A stretch of 64,000 nt of DNA, taken from positions 41,354,001-41,418,000 of the forward strand of contig CM126226.1 of assembly GCA_052327205.1 (NCBI GenBank), written 5' to 3'. A model generated the notes under the pieces. The model was not told the DNA's origin, did not search any database, and saw only the letters and a list, made by a program, of their open reading frames with translations. Numbering within the stretch: position 1 is the first letter of the stretch; every line of letters begins with the position of its first letter. Both the position numbers and the translations under genes were made by a program. The DNA is from Somniosus microcephalus. Its lineage: Eukaryota. Positions 23,700-35,929 of this stretch are shown here, piece by piece.

Positions 23700-24068
23700 G
23701 CCTCCTCTTCTTAGGCAGTCCCTCGGAACCGAGGATGACTTGCTTCCACATTAAAAATGAGTTCTCAGGTGATTGATGAGTCCAATGCGGGACCTACAGT
23801 CTCTGTCACAGGCGGGGCAGACGGTGGTTGAAGGGGCGGGTGTGTGGGGTGCTTGGGTTGACGTGCGCTCCTTGCGCTGCCTGCGCTTGGCTTCCGCTTG
23901 CTCCCGGCGAAGAGACTCGAGGTGTTCGGCGCCTTCCCGGATGCTTCTCCTCCACTTTGTGCGGTCTTGGGCCAGGGATTCCCAGGTGTCGGTGGGGATG
24001 TTACACTTTTTCAAGGCGGCTTTGAGGGTGTCCTTGAAGTGTTTCCTCTGCCCACCTGGGACTCTCTT
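23700..24068 (-). mobile_element. RTE-clade LINE 3' end
   Basis: GGQRKHFKDTLKAALKKCNIPTDTWESLAQDRTKWRRSIREG...CPACDRDCRSRIGLINHLRTH (C-terminal zinc-finger-like region); short tail ...gactgcctaagaagagg. Confidence 0.85.
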
Positions 24069-25467
24069 GCCTCCACCTCCACCATGTATCTGAATGTAAA
24101 ATTCTTTATAATGTAATTTTAAATAAACTTGACTGGCTCCTTTGCTTGTAAAGAGGGAATAAATCTGTGTACGTATGCTCATCTGCACATTCAGAAACCA
24201 GTTATTCCTACTGAATCCATGCTTGGCACAGTGAAATGAATGAGCAAGATTATTGTGTATTTTGTAAAGGCAGAGGGAACTACATTAGCATCAAGTTTCA
24301 TAAGTAATGTTTGATTTATTAATTCCACAAAACAAACTGGGAATTGACTCTATTTCCCATTCATTTGTTCATCGATCCAGACATTTGCCATCAAGTGATT
24401 TTTAAATTTAAAAAAGAGGTCCAAAAGTGCTTTTTGTGCCAGAAGTGAAAAGCTTACGGTTTTATTGGGAATTCAGTCAATTCTGAGGTGCAGCAACAAA
24501 CTTTAATCCTAAATCCTGGTTACTTTTTACTGAGGCCAAGTGTCTGAGGAGGGGAATTCAAGGGGACCTTTATTGTTCGGACACGTGATAGGAATGGTAA
24601 ATCTGAGATATGTTCACTTAAAAGATATCTTGCTCAAATGGCATTTGCAGGTTTCTTTGCACATGGTGGGAAAGCCAGCATCTGAGGTTAGGAGCGACCA
24701 TTAGCGCTGCCTCCTAGACACTCATTCCTTCTGTGAATCATTGATTTTTTTTTAAACAATGACTGCAGATGAAACCACTCAGTGTGGCTTATGGAGCAGT
24801 TCCACCCATACTTGGGGATATGAGCAACAACTGCAGTGGATTTTATGGGGTTATCCCAATCTGCAGCCACAATGGCAGGCCAGAATGGGCAGCATCCTTT
24901 AATTTATGAAGAATCTCAAAAATAAAATGGTAATGGGAACACTGGTTAATGGTGACTGAATAAGTCCAGTTTCATTTAATCAGTTGGGATTCCAATACTT
25001 TTACTGATGATTTTGGGTTTACATTCCATGATTCTGTTCATTTTTCTATGAAAATGGAAAACCAGTGACCTTGGTTACTGAATTTAATTAAAATTGAGTC
25101 TAAATCTTTCCTTGGTTGTAACAGTCAGAGTTTAGTATCCCTCAAACGGCACCCAGTCTTGCCTTATCGAGTTACCCTGTTTGGAGAGTCTCAGCAACTT
25201 GTATTCTATTTTAAAAGTGGCTGTATAGTGGCAGATTTCAGGATCATTTTCTCTTGTAAAACAACAGCTGAGAGATGCCTCTTCTACAGCTGGAACTAAA
25301 AGGTTCCTTGTATACTCAGCTTTTTATATATAAAAAAAAATCAGTAAAATCTTTGGGGTCAGGATATCTTGGAATCTTAAAAACTAGACACCTGACAGCT
25401 TTTATACACTAGGCATGGTCTTAAGAATTTTTTCTCATTTGAGGTGCTTTGCTAGCAAACTCCAGTA

Positions 25468-26008
25468 CAGGTAGACTATCCTTTATCCGAAAACCTCTAA
25501 AAACCGAAAGTTTTTTCGTTCAGCATAAGTCGTGCGCACGACATGACCAGAGTGGCGCACGACTTACGCTGAGCAGGGCAGAGGGTCACAGAGTTCCCTC
25601 CTGGGTAGGAGATTGCAGGCCGAGCCGGGCAGTGTGAAGGAGGTACCGGGAGAGTGAACCCAACAATACAGCGGCCCGTCCGATAGCTGCAGCGGCCCGT
25701 CCGATATTCTTTTTTTTCCCACCCCCCACCCGACCCGAACCGCGGCCCGTCCGATATTATTTGCCCCCCCCCCCCAACCCGACCTGATTTGCAGGCCAGC
25801 TTAGTAGGAGTCAGCCGATATCCGGCTTTCCAGAGAAGCAGGAAGGGGATTGAGACACGGAACAGTCGCAAGAGGTAGCCTGAACTTTTACAATTTATAT
25901 TAAATACAAATTTCCCAGTCTTATAATAATACCTTCTGAAATCCGAAAAATTCTGAAAACCGAAACTCAGCTGGTCCCAAGGCTTTCGGATAAGGGATAG
26001 TGTACCTG
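25468..26008. mobile_element. Tigger/pogo-like MITE (541 bp)
   Basis: TA|CAGGTAGACTATCCTTTATCCGAAA ... TTTCGGATAAGGGATAGTGTACCTG|TA; ~25-bp TIRs, TA TSD, CpG-rich interior. Confidence 0.9.
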
Positions 26009-26689
26009 TATTACCTGCAGATTTCCCCCCCCCCCTCCCCCCCCCCCCCCCCCTGCCCATTTCTCATGAAGTTGCTGATCCTGCAGGGGAATGGGTTCTA
26101 TGGGTAGAAGTCACTCAAAGACTGAAACCTTGGCTAAATCGGCATTCTACAAAAATGAGCCTGGGCACTGAACCTCTGAGGAGTTATTCACAGCTTCACC
26201 TGATACATTTCACACTTACTTAATTGCAGCAGGCGGATGCTGGACCAGGACCAGGAGCTGTCTGCCCTTTGCCAAGGCCATTTGTGGCAACCCTGGCGGA
26301 GATTGGCTAGCTCGACCCATGTCGGGAATCAACTCTGGAATATGTGGTCTGTTTTGATTCACTGCCACCTGTATAGTGTATCTACCTGCTGGAGGGGAGG
26401 GGGTGGGGAAGCACCCCTCAGATGTTTAGCAGTTTTATTTTTAATCAATGCTCCTTTGTGTTGCTTGCACTGTCCTGGGACTGAAACATGCTAACTCTTT
26501 ACTGCAATCACTGCATCAGTATTCTGTGTGTATGCCTATTGTCTGTTCTGGTCATCTTCGTATACCAGTTCAGATAATTAGAAATACTGTGTTGAAAATT
26601 AAATCAAAGGAGAACCTTTTTTTATTTAAAGTGTGTGCTACCACTAATCTTTGAAGAAGGTTTAAAAACTGTGTTGAGTGACTCACCAG

Positions 26690-27115
26690 GTTACTCTACA
26701 GGATCCAGCATTCTTTGGTAGCAGTTTTTGCACCTTCACCTAGCATTATTTGTTTTCTGCCTCTTTCTTTCCTGAGTGCACTGATGTATTTGGTCTGTCC
26801 ATCTTTTGGCAGCTCACCCAAGTGGCCATTCTTCATGGATGAGAGTGCCAACTGTGGAGGGGCACCACAGCCAAATCTGACGCTGTCTTCACCTGATACC
26901 CCCACATATACATTTTTCAATGGGGCCACTGGGGTAGTTGTCAGAAGCAGAAACCCTGGCCACTTCCTCTGCTTCTCTTTCCCCTTCCCCATTCCCTGGC
27001 CCAAGGTTGCTGAGGTCAAGTGTAGTGTACTTTCTGCTGCTCCAGCTAACTCGGCATGGGTCATACCTGCTACTCTGTGTTTGGCTCAGAACTATACCTT
27101 TACCCACTGAACCAT
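26690..27115 (-). mobile_element. Second, unclassified SINE-like dispersed repeat family
   Basis: Shared motifs (ctcacccaagtggccattc; ctcagctaactcggca; aaccct) recur at ~9400, ~17850, ~29660, ~37880, ~50000, ~55580, ~57230 and ~61800; some copies show a B-box-like ggttcaatcc on the minus strand. Confidence 0.55.
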
Positions 27116-27593
27116 TGGGGAAACTTCCTTCCAATTCAAACTCCAGCCCCCTCCCACCCATCCCATTCAAAATCCAGTATGATTTTGTTATCAGACTTGT
27201 TGCAAATGATAAGCTTCAAAGACCTGTAACAAATTTCAGAAAGGGACTTAAAAGTTGGAGTGCTTGAGTTAAGAGAAACGCTAGTCATTATAAAAGTCTC
27301 GACATAGATAGACATGACTGGTGTATGTCTTTACATTCGTTACTGTAAAAATATGTTGAATTTTTGATCAAACTGTACATTTAAGGTTAATAGTTTAATG
27401 GGTTGGGTGCTGCAAATTACATTCTTGTATACAGTTCTTGTAATTTCAGCTGCTAGGAAGGGATTTGTGGGGTGTGGAAGTGTAGCCTGCAGGCTTGCAG
27501 ATTAATTTCTATGGGGTCACGTTTGGGTCGGAGTTCCGGCGTTCTACGCATGCTGCGGCAACAAAATAAATAAACGTTTATCTCGCCCAACAG

Positions 27594-27666
27594 CTGAGAA
27601 TCACCGTCTGGTCGCTGTGCACCAAATCTGTATCTTATATCAAGTATCCCAAGGCCTGTCAGCACG
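27594..27666 (+). CDS. WRAP73: WRAP73 coding exon 4
   Basis: caacag|[24 protein letters not shown]+G|gtaagt; 73 nt, ends phase 1. Confidence 0.97.
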
Positions 27667-28629
27667 GTAAGTGGATGAGCGATCCTGTTTTGAAGGATGA
27701 TAAGTATGAATTGAGCAGAATTGAGAAGGACGTGTTGTAAACCGGTTATTGATTCTGCTTATACCTACAATCCTCAATGTGTTCATTATTTGGTCTCTTG
27801 CTATCATTTGTACAACAGTTTCTGATTTCTTATCCCATTTTGGTTTTTTTGGCGGGGGGAGGTGGTTTACCAAAAACCTTTGTCCAATGATATCTGCTTG
27901 GAAAAAAAGTGAATCTTGAAAGGTAGCATCCCAGAAGGGCACCCTGAATCCTGATGTGCCCACATCACAAAACAATGGGGCACTTTTGTCTGCCTGCACT
28001 TTTTTTACTTCTTGCAACTTTGCTGATCTTAACCAGGCTGCTTTTTGAGAAGACTGGTTTCCCATACAGAGGAGAGATTGAGTATGTGCCTGTTCCAGCT
28101 GACCTGTGTCTCTCCTAGAGGCTGGTTACATAGTAAAAATTGGCAGGGACGAGGGAAAGAGTAAGAAACAGCCCTGAATGGTTGAAAAGGAGAAAATTAT
28201 TTAAGAAAACAAATTTTAGATTAATAGAATTCACTAATTGGATTTTGTAATTCTTATACGCTATTACCCTTGTAATCAATTTTCACTTCTCCGAGAAACC
28301 AGTCAATCTTAAGTAGGCTTTCATCTTCTGTATTGAGTGACAAAGGAAAGATTGTGCAATACTGACTTTAGCCACTAGGTGTAGTTGGCGCCTTTGAATG
28401 CTGTGGATTATGTTTCGGCTTTGAAAGATATGATGAGCAGAAATAACAACAGAAAATGCTGGAAATACTCAGCAGACCAGGCAGCATCTGTGGAGAGAGA
28501 AACCGAGTTAACGCTTCAGGTCTGGCCTGCTGAGTATTTCCAGCATTTTCTGTTATTTCAGATTTCCAGCATCCGCATTATTTTGCTATTGTATGATGAG
28601 CAGAACTTGATCATAAACAATTATTTAGG

Positions 28630-29660
28630 GTCTACGGCACAGATACAAGCTATTCAGCCCAATTGGTCTATGCCGCTGTTTATGCTCCACAGGAGCCTCC
28701 TCTCGCCCCATTTCATCTAACCATATCCTTCTACTCCTTTCTCCCTCAAGTGTTTATTTAGCTTCCCCTTCAATGTATCTGCTATTTGCCTCAACTACTC
28801 CTTGTGGTAGCACATTCCACATTCTTACCACTCTTTAGGGAATTCAGGAGTAACTTCTTTACAGGAAACTTTGTGCTATCCGGCACCCACGGGACCGAGC
28901 TACTGCTGTTGCCTCAAAACTTCCGGATAGACCAGCGTCAATGTTATCAGATAGGAGCTTTTCATCTCCGTATCTGACAACAAAGACTGTTGCTTAGCAA
29001 CAGCTTGTCAGCACTCGGCCCGTGGCTTGGAAGCGTCTCTGAAGCTGTTGCTAAGATACAGAGACGCTTTCTAGAGCCTGCCGTATCTGACCACAAACAC
29101 TTGCTCAGCAACAGCTTGTAAACACTCGGCCCAGTAGCTTGGAAGCGTCTCTGAAGCTGTTGCTAAGCTACAAAGACGCTTTCCAGAGCCTGCCTGTGAA
29201 AAGAATGCTAGGAGAAGAAAAAAAACCTAACCAAAACGGCTGCTGATTTCTGCCGTTAGATCGAAGTTGCTGGACATTCAACCTCCGGATAGCACAGTTT
29301 CCTGTACCTAGTGACTATCTTATAATTATGACCTCTAGTTTTGGACTGCCCACAAGTGGAAATGTTTTCTCTGTCTACCCTATCAAAACCTTTCATTATC
29401 TTAAAGACCTCCAATAGGTCACCGATCAGCCGCCTTTATTGTAGAGAAAAGAGCTCCAGCCTGTTTAACCTTTCCCGACGACTATATCTTCTCAGTTCTG
29501 CTATCATCCTTGTGAATTTTTTTTTTTTTTGCACCTCCACCAATGCCCCTATATCCTTTTTATAATATGGAGACCAGAACTGTGCACAACACTCAAGGGT
29601 ATGGTCTAACCAAGGTTCTACACAAATTTAAAAATAACGTCTCTGCTTTACAATTCTATC
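28630..29660 (-). mobile_element. CR1 LINE 3' fragment interrupted by a MITE
   Basis: CR1-type tail at ~28630-28850, continuing 29307-29660 (tctaccctatcaaaacctttcattatc; gaccagaactgtgcacaa). Confidence 0.75.
28862..29304. mobile_element. Tigger-like MITE (same TIR family as 22507-22832) with an internal ~112-bp tandem duplication
   Basis: TA|CAGGAAACT ... AGTTTCCTG|TA; internal unit ccgtatctgac...gacgcttt.agagcctg present twice (~28968-29192). Confidence 0.85.
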
Positions 29661-29825
29661 CCTAATTGACTTGAGTTCCCTTGGGCTAGGGAAGAGAGAA
29701 ATTAGTCAAGGTCCCTAGTGACCTCTGCTTAAAAAGTGCATGTGGGGATGCTGTGTGCAGGCAGAAATGGACTTGGTTCTGATGCTTTCCATGGTTCAAT
29801 AGCCTGCTGACATTCGGTAGTCGTA

Positions 29826-29982
29826 ACCTAATCTACCTGGCAGGAAACTGATGGGATTGGATTGGCCACCTGCTTTACACTTCCAATGGGGAAAGTAAAA
29901 TCGGGTAGGGTGTAAAACGGGCGGCCGATCCAATCCCATCCCATCAGCTTCTCGCTGGGAGGATTAGGTTAAAATTACACCC
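29826..29982. mobile_element. Fold-back (palindromic) MITE remnant
   Basis: aacctaatc...ctgatgggattgggattggcc...tttacac is inverted relative to gtgtaaaa...ggccgatccaatcccatc...catcag...gattaggtt. Confidence 0.65.
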
Positions 29983-30287
29983 TCAATGTTGAGGCTTATA
30001 CATTTAGAATGGCCAATTGGGTGAGATATTGGGGTTGCCAGTGCCCATGGAAGTGTAGCTCAGTGCCCTCAGGAAAGAAGGGGATAAAATTGGGGAGGGT
30101 ACAAATAAGTGTTTGAAAGCTTGTTTTTAAAAGGTTTTATTAGAAGTTTTGACCCTCAAATGGCTTTAGTTTAACTGTAGGTGATTGTGTGGAGGATGGA
30201 TTTCCCTGTGTAGCTTCTTTTAAAACCCTGTAAGATTTTGGCAGTCTGATAAAATGCCACGCACTAAATGCTTGTTTATGGCCTCAG

Positions 30288-30391
30288 GGATGGATTTCAC
30301 CAAGGACGGCCGCTATATGGCACTGGCAGAGAGGCGAGACTGCAAGGATTACATCAGTATCTTTGTGTGCAGCGAGTGGCAGCTGCTGCGG
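30288..30391 (+). CDS. WRAP73: WRAP73 coding exon 5
   Basis: cctcag|(G)[34 protein letters not shown]|gtaatt; 104 nt. Confidence 0.97.
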
Positions 30392-31210
30392 GTAATTAAC
30401 TTTTATATTTTTAAAAAACACACACACACATTGTTCCTCTTCGAGAGCGGTGTGACCCAGTACTGATCCTTACACTGTGCATGTTGTTCCGGAACCTTTC
30501 CATTAAATTCGTGCTCAGTTTCAGGAGCTTCAAAAAGTGCGCTGTGCCCATGGAATACTATTTTTCCAAGCACTACATTGGTGGTATACCAGGAGCAAGG
30601 TCTTGTTCATTGAGGTTAAGGGTTTCCAGTGCTAGGGAATGGAACATTTTTCCTCCCCATTTTGCACCCAGTGCTTGTGTCGAGCAGTTTGAATCGTGTA
30701 CAGAATGGGTTGGATGGCAGGTTAAGCTGCTTTTTATATCGCTCCAAATAAATCGACTCCCTATTACACCAATGGGAAATGTTCAATTTCTTCCCCAGCC
30801 AGCCATCTGAGCAGGACTGCCAATCCACGTGGGCTGTGGATCCGTACACTTCAGGAACTGAGCTTAGACTGCAGCCTGTAGAGAGATTTTTATGTCATTA
30901 TTCTGGACTGGATTTGAACCCGTCCCAGAAGAAAGAGAGATGTACTGTAAGCCATCATGCTGCCCGCTGCATAGTATGATGCAGCATTTTATTTGCATTC
31001 CTATAATGCACCTCCCAGCATCTCTGAGTTGCAACGCCCAAAATGCTGGAGTCTATATATAATGTTTGTCGTCTTCTATTACCTTTTTGGAGTGTTCCTG
31101 TAAGTGGTCTGAAATAATTATCTGTTGTTTAAAATCGGATGTCAGGCTTTTCTAACATTGATTTGGTAACTGTCTTTTATTCATGATCCTCTTGTGTGTA
31201 ATTTGTTCAG

Positions 31211-31297
31211 CATTTTGAGCCTGAGACCCAGGACCTGGCTGGTATTGAGTGGTCACCCAACAGCTGTGTGCTGGCAGTCTGGGATTCCTGTTTGGAG
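31211..31297 (+). CDS. WRAP73: WRAP73 coding exon 6
   Basis: gttcag|[29 protein letters not shown]|gtgagt; 87 nt. Confidence 0.97.
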
Positions 31298-31399
31298 GTG
31301 AGTGGCAGCTCTGAAAAGGGATATTGCAGCTTGAAAGATGCCTGTCTTTAAAATATGTAAAACATTTTCAAAGTATCTTTGGAGTCCAAGGTGTTTATT

Positions 31400-31555
31400 A
31401 CATAAGAAATAGGAGCAGGAGTCGGCCATTCTGCCCCTCGAGCCTGCTCTGCCATTCAATAAGATCATGGCTGATCTTCTGCCGCAACTCCACTTTCCTG
31501 CACTATTCCCATATCCCTTGATTCCCTTAATATCCAATGATTCCCTTAGTATCCA
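31400..31555 (-). mobile_element. CR1 3' tail fragment
   Basis: cataagaaataggagcaggagtcggccattc...ccatatcccttgattccc. Confidence 0.85.
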
Positions 31556-32102
31556 ATTGATTGACGAGACACGGTCGTAACTGCAATACTATATGGTGAG
31601 TTCTTGGCCTTTTGTTAGAGCAGGGAATTTCAACAGGAGAGTTGTCCTGGCCAACATTTATCCCTCTACCACAGACTGTCTGGTAATTTAGCTCGCTGCT
31701 GTTTGTGGGACCTTGCTGTGCGCAAGTTGGCTGCCACGTTTGCTACATTATACCAGTGACTATATCTTTAAAGTACTTCATTGGTTGTGAAATGCTTTGG
31801 ATATCCTGAAGACGTGGTAAATGCTACATAAATGCAAGATTATTTATTTTTCTTTCAACATTAACTGTGGGCGAAGGGCAGAGGTTAGCAGCACAAGCAT
31901 ACAGGTTACCCAATATCGATCTCCTATAGAGGAAAATCAGAGCTGAGTTTGTGCTGCTCTCAACTCTACATGGAATGCCTCTTATTTCTGCACCTTCTAA
32001 ACACAAATTAGCCATGTATATTTTGATGTATAAAATTGCTTTGTGGGACTGTTAGTCCCCTTCTCTCCCTCAGTACTGAGTAACCTGTGTTGTTCCTTCC
32101 AG

Positions 32103-32237
32103 TATAAAGTTCTCTTGTATTCACTGGACGGGCGCCTGCTGTCCACCTACAGCGCGTACGAGTGGTCTCTCGGTGTGAAGTCTGTTGCGTGGAGTCCAAG
32201 CAGCCAGTTTCTGGCCATTGGGAGTTATGATGAAAAG
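32103..32237 (+). CDS. WRAP73: WRAP73 coding exon 7
   Basis: ttccag|[45 protein letters not shown]|gtaaga; 135 nt. Confidence 0.97.
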
Positions 32238-32354
32238 GTAAGAGATGTGATGCAGGTCAGCGAAATTAATAGCCAACTGGCAGATCTCAGCAGGAATCGG
32301 TTAAAACTGGTGAAAGGAAAGTTTAGGACAGATTTCAGAAAGAACTTCTCCACA

Positions 32355-32580
32355 TAACAACTACTTGCATTTATATAGCACCATTAATGTCGGAAAACGT
32401 CCCAAGGAGCTTCAGAAGAGCGTAGTCAGATCAAAAATTAACATCGAGCCAAAGAAGGGGATATTAGGAGGGGTGACTAAAAGCTTGGTCAAAGAAGTGG
32501 GTTTTAAGCAGGGTTTTGAGGGGCGAGGCGGAGAGGTTTAGGGAGGGAATTCTAGAGCTTGGGGCCTAGACGGCTCATGG
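32355..32580 (-). mobile_element. L2 LINE 3' fragment
   Basis: acaactacttgcatttatatagcacc...aaagcttggtcaaagaagtgggttttaag...gggagggaattctagagc is the reverse of the L2 tail at 7790-8000. Confidence 0.7.
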
Positions 32581-35386
32581 TGGGGAAGTATGATCAAAAC
32601 TTGGAATGGTGTTCTGGGTAGAGGAGTGAGAATTAGACTTGGGTTGAAGACTCAGTTGAGGTGATGGGAGGAATGTACGTGTTTGATTCTAATGGATGAG
32701 CTAAAACTGGCCAAATGGCCTCCCTCCACTATATCCAATGTATCCTTCACAGGTGGGGAAGGCTTATGTTTTATAGATGTTGGAACTGGTAGCCATCTGG
32801 GAGTTTTGCTTTTAAGCTGGACATGTTTTTAAAGCCTGAATAGCTAAATCTTGTGTACAGAGAGATCTTGATTGTATCCCATATGGAGGGGACCCTGTAC
32901 TCGGACATCCTTCGATAAGCTGATTTGAGTTATTGGCTTCTGATTAGCCCATTTAAATAATCTAATGCAATTCCCAGCTTGTGCAGATAGACTGGCTGAT
33001 GAGGGAGTACAGCATCGCTTTCTCAGTATCGCATGTCCTTTGGCCATTCCAGTATTTTAATTAAAACCTGAAGTCGATCTGGAGCTTTAACTGTTCATTT
33101 TCCTACCTCTTCCCATTTGTATGTATAAATTAACATGTGGGAGAGTCAAAACTGCATTTTTTTTTTACCCATTCATAAATTAGAGGACCTAGCCTCAAGT
33201 TTCTGCTGTTTGAGTTAAATATTTGTGTAATACAGGTATGCTGCCACTTTTGAAATTCTTTATCAGGAACGTTGTGTCATGTGGTGAAAGGGTCTGCTGA
33301 GACACATGTAGAAGAACACCCCACACTACCTAAAGTTACAGCAAGTGACATGGCACAGTGTGATATCCTGTGAGAAATGCCACAAATTTCTACACACAAG
33401 TTGTGTAGCACACTTTGCTGCTGGAAATTGTGCATCAGAAGTCTCACTGGTCACTGCTCAGATATCGGCCTATCAGTAGCCCTACCTGTCATTGCCATCG
33501 TAGTGTAAGCACTAGATTAATGATGCTGATTTGAAACTATTCAAACCATCTATCTACCAGGATCGCTTAGAATCTGTTTCAGAGCTTGGCAGGTTTCACC
33601 ATGCTGCAAACGCTGACATTGTGCTGGCTAAAATCTGTTCTGAAACAACAACTTGCATCTATATATCGCCGCCAGTAAGTGAACTATTTCAGCAGCAGCT
33701 GTGTGTTTGTTGATAGTTACATTGTGACACAAAGTCATTACTAATTGCGTGGACAAACATTTAACTTGTCCGTAGTGCAATATTACGATGCTAACACTTC
33801 GTGCATGTATACTGACATGGGAAGTCTACACATGCACGAAATATCGAGCCAGTTTACAGGAAACATGACTCTCTCACCTAATATAGGAGAGTGATGCAGT
33901 CTCAAGACCTAGAGTGCACTATAAAGCTGGCAGAGTTGAGCATAGATTTAGTCTGTAGTTTCCTAATCTCCTTGTAGCATCAAACCACAGATACTGACTG
34001 CTTTGCCAATTTTCAGTGCACAGGAAGTGGTTTATGATTTGACTTCTTCCTTCCCCCCCATGTTACAATGAGTCCTGCTTTAAGTCATTGTGCAAAAATA
34101 GTGTTTTACTCCTTTTCACAATTATTCTAATGAAATGGGCACTTGCCCATCTGATTTGAGAATGGGTAATCCAATGCTCTCATCTGTATTCACTTTCATC
34201 AGTTTTTTTACCAAAAAAATTTCATTTATCTATTTGAGCATGAGTCTGTTCCTGGTATTTTGGTTGCACCAAAGTCTTTTTTTTAATAAGGTAATATAGT
34301 ACCACAAATCCAAGATAATTATGGATGAGGAAAACCATTCTGCCCATCTTTCTTCATCTATCCCAAATGATGCTAAAGTTTCTCCCCCCCCCCCCCCCCA
34401 ATTGCAGCATCGAATTGGCTTTTAAATGATTCCATGATGCTCCATCTGGGAGACCTTTCCATGTGTTGTTCACTATAGCGGGGATGAAAATTCCTCTGGA
34501 TATTGGTCCTAAAATTACCTTTTACTAGTTTGAACCTGTATCCCTTTACCCTTCTCTAGCAATTTAATTTAAAGTAATTTTCCAGATTTACTGTTGCTGT
34601 ACTGTTTGCAGTCTTGTATACCTCTATAAAATCGCCTCTTGGAATCCTCTTCCAATGCTGAAAAGCCTCAGTTTACCTACTGTGCCTGGAATAAAAGAAA
34701 GGAGCGTAGACTTTGCCCACACACTTGTTTTCCCTTAACTGAGTGAAGGAAGGTGCCACATTGTGCCCATCTCTGTCATTGGTTGGGAAAATTCCCTGTA
34801 GTGTGAAAACATGATTTTCAAATTAGAAGTACAAGTGGTGCAAAAATACTTGCAAGGGTTCAGGCGAGCGCGCATTTGCATGAACAAATTGGATCCATGT
34901 GTAACCATTGCTGTCCAAACAGCTAGTGATTATATATTTTTAAAGTAATGCATCTTTTTTTTAAATGTTTAAAATGCAAGCAGATTTGATCAACATCTGA
35001 AAGGGAAAGATAACTGCAGTTTGGAGTGGTCACACTGGAAACCATGACCTTTCTCTTTCAGGTGCTCACTGACTGTTTTTCTGTTTTTAATTCAAATTTA
35101 CTGTTCTCTTCTAAGCCATATTTTAAAGACCCCACGGGTCTGTCACACACACTTTGATAGGTTGTCCAATGCAACTTCTAATGACTTACAGCAGTGGGGT
35201 GCTTTGGCGACTTGACTTGCATTACTGCGGTAAACAAATCTCCAGAGGTAAATCCTGCTCTGGATCCACCTTTTTTCTAAGATGTGAGAGCCCCTCTTTT
35301 GAAAAGTTTTGGCTCTAATTATTGTGGAATGTTTTGGGTGAAGTGTTTTTTGTTGGAGTAAATTTTAATTGAAATGATCTAACTAG

Positions 35387-35464
35387 GTAAGAATCATAAA
35401 CCATGTGACCTGGAAGAAGATTGTGGAATTGGAACATCTCCCAACCATCAGAAACCCCAAAAGT
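35387..35464 (+). CDS. WRAP73: WRAP73 coding exon 8
   Basis: aactag|VRIINHVTWKKIVELEHLPTIRNPKS|gtaagt; 78 nt; resembles human VRILNHVTWKMITEFGHP. Confidence 0.93.
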
Positions 35465-35929
35465 GTAAGTAGGAGTGGTTCTTTTAAATTAAAGGGGAGA
35501 GGGGATTGTTTGAACTGGGGAGGTAGCATACCTGCCATTGGGTTAGAAAAGTGTCGGTTTAAGCTGCACATGAAGGCTTGAGCAAATATTCTAGGCAGAC
35601 ACTCTAATGCAGTACTGGGGAATGCCCTGTATCGTAATAGATGCTATTTGGTTGGGCCATTGAACCAAATCCCATCTGCCTCTTTAAGGGGATGTGAAAT
35701 ATCCCAAGGCGCTATCCAAAGGAGAGCAGGGAAGTTCTCCTGTTATATTTTGGCCAAGATTCATTCCACAGCCAATACCACCAAAAAATGACATTCATCT
35801 CGTTGCTGTTCATGGATGTTGATGGTATAGAATGGTAATTGTATTTGGTTACTTAATTACTTTTTAGTTCAGCGACTTCTTTATATGAAGCGCTTCAAGA
35901 TATTTTGACATTATAACATGCTATACAAC

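Noticed and set aside
35350-35390. U12-type intron suggested by the weak exon 8 acceptor and TCTAAC
   Set aside because: The intron 7 donor is gtaaga (U2-type), not GTATCCTT, and there is no TCCTTAAC branch consensus.
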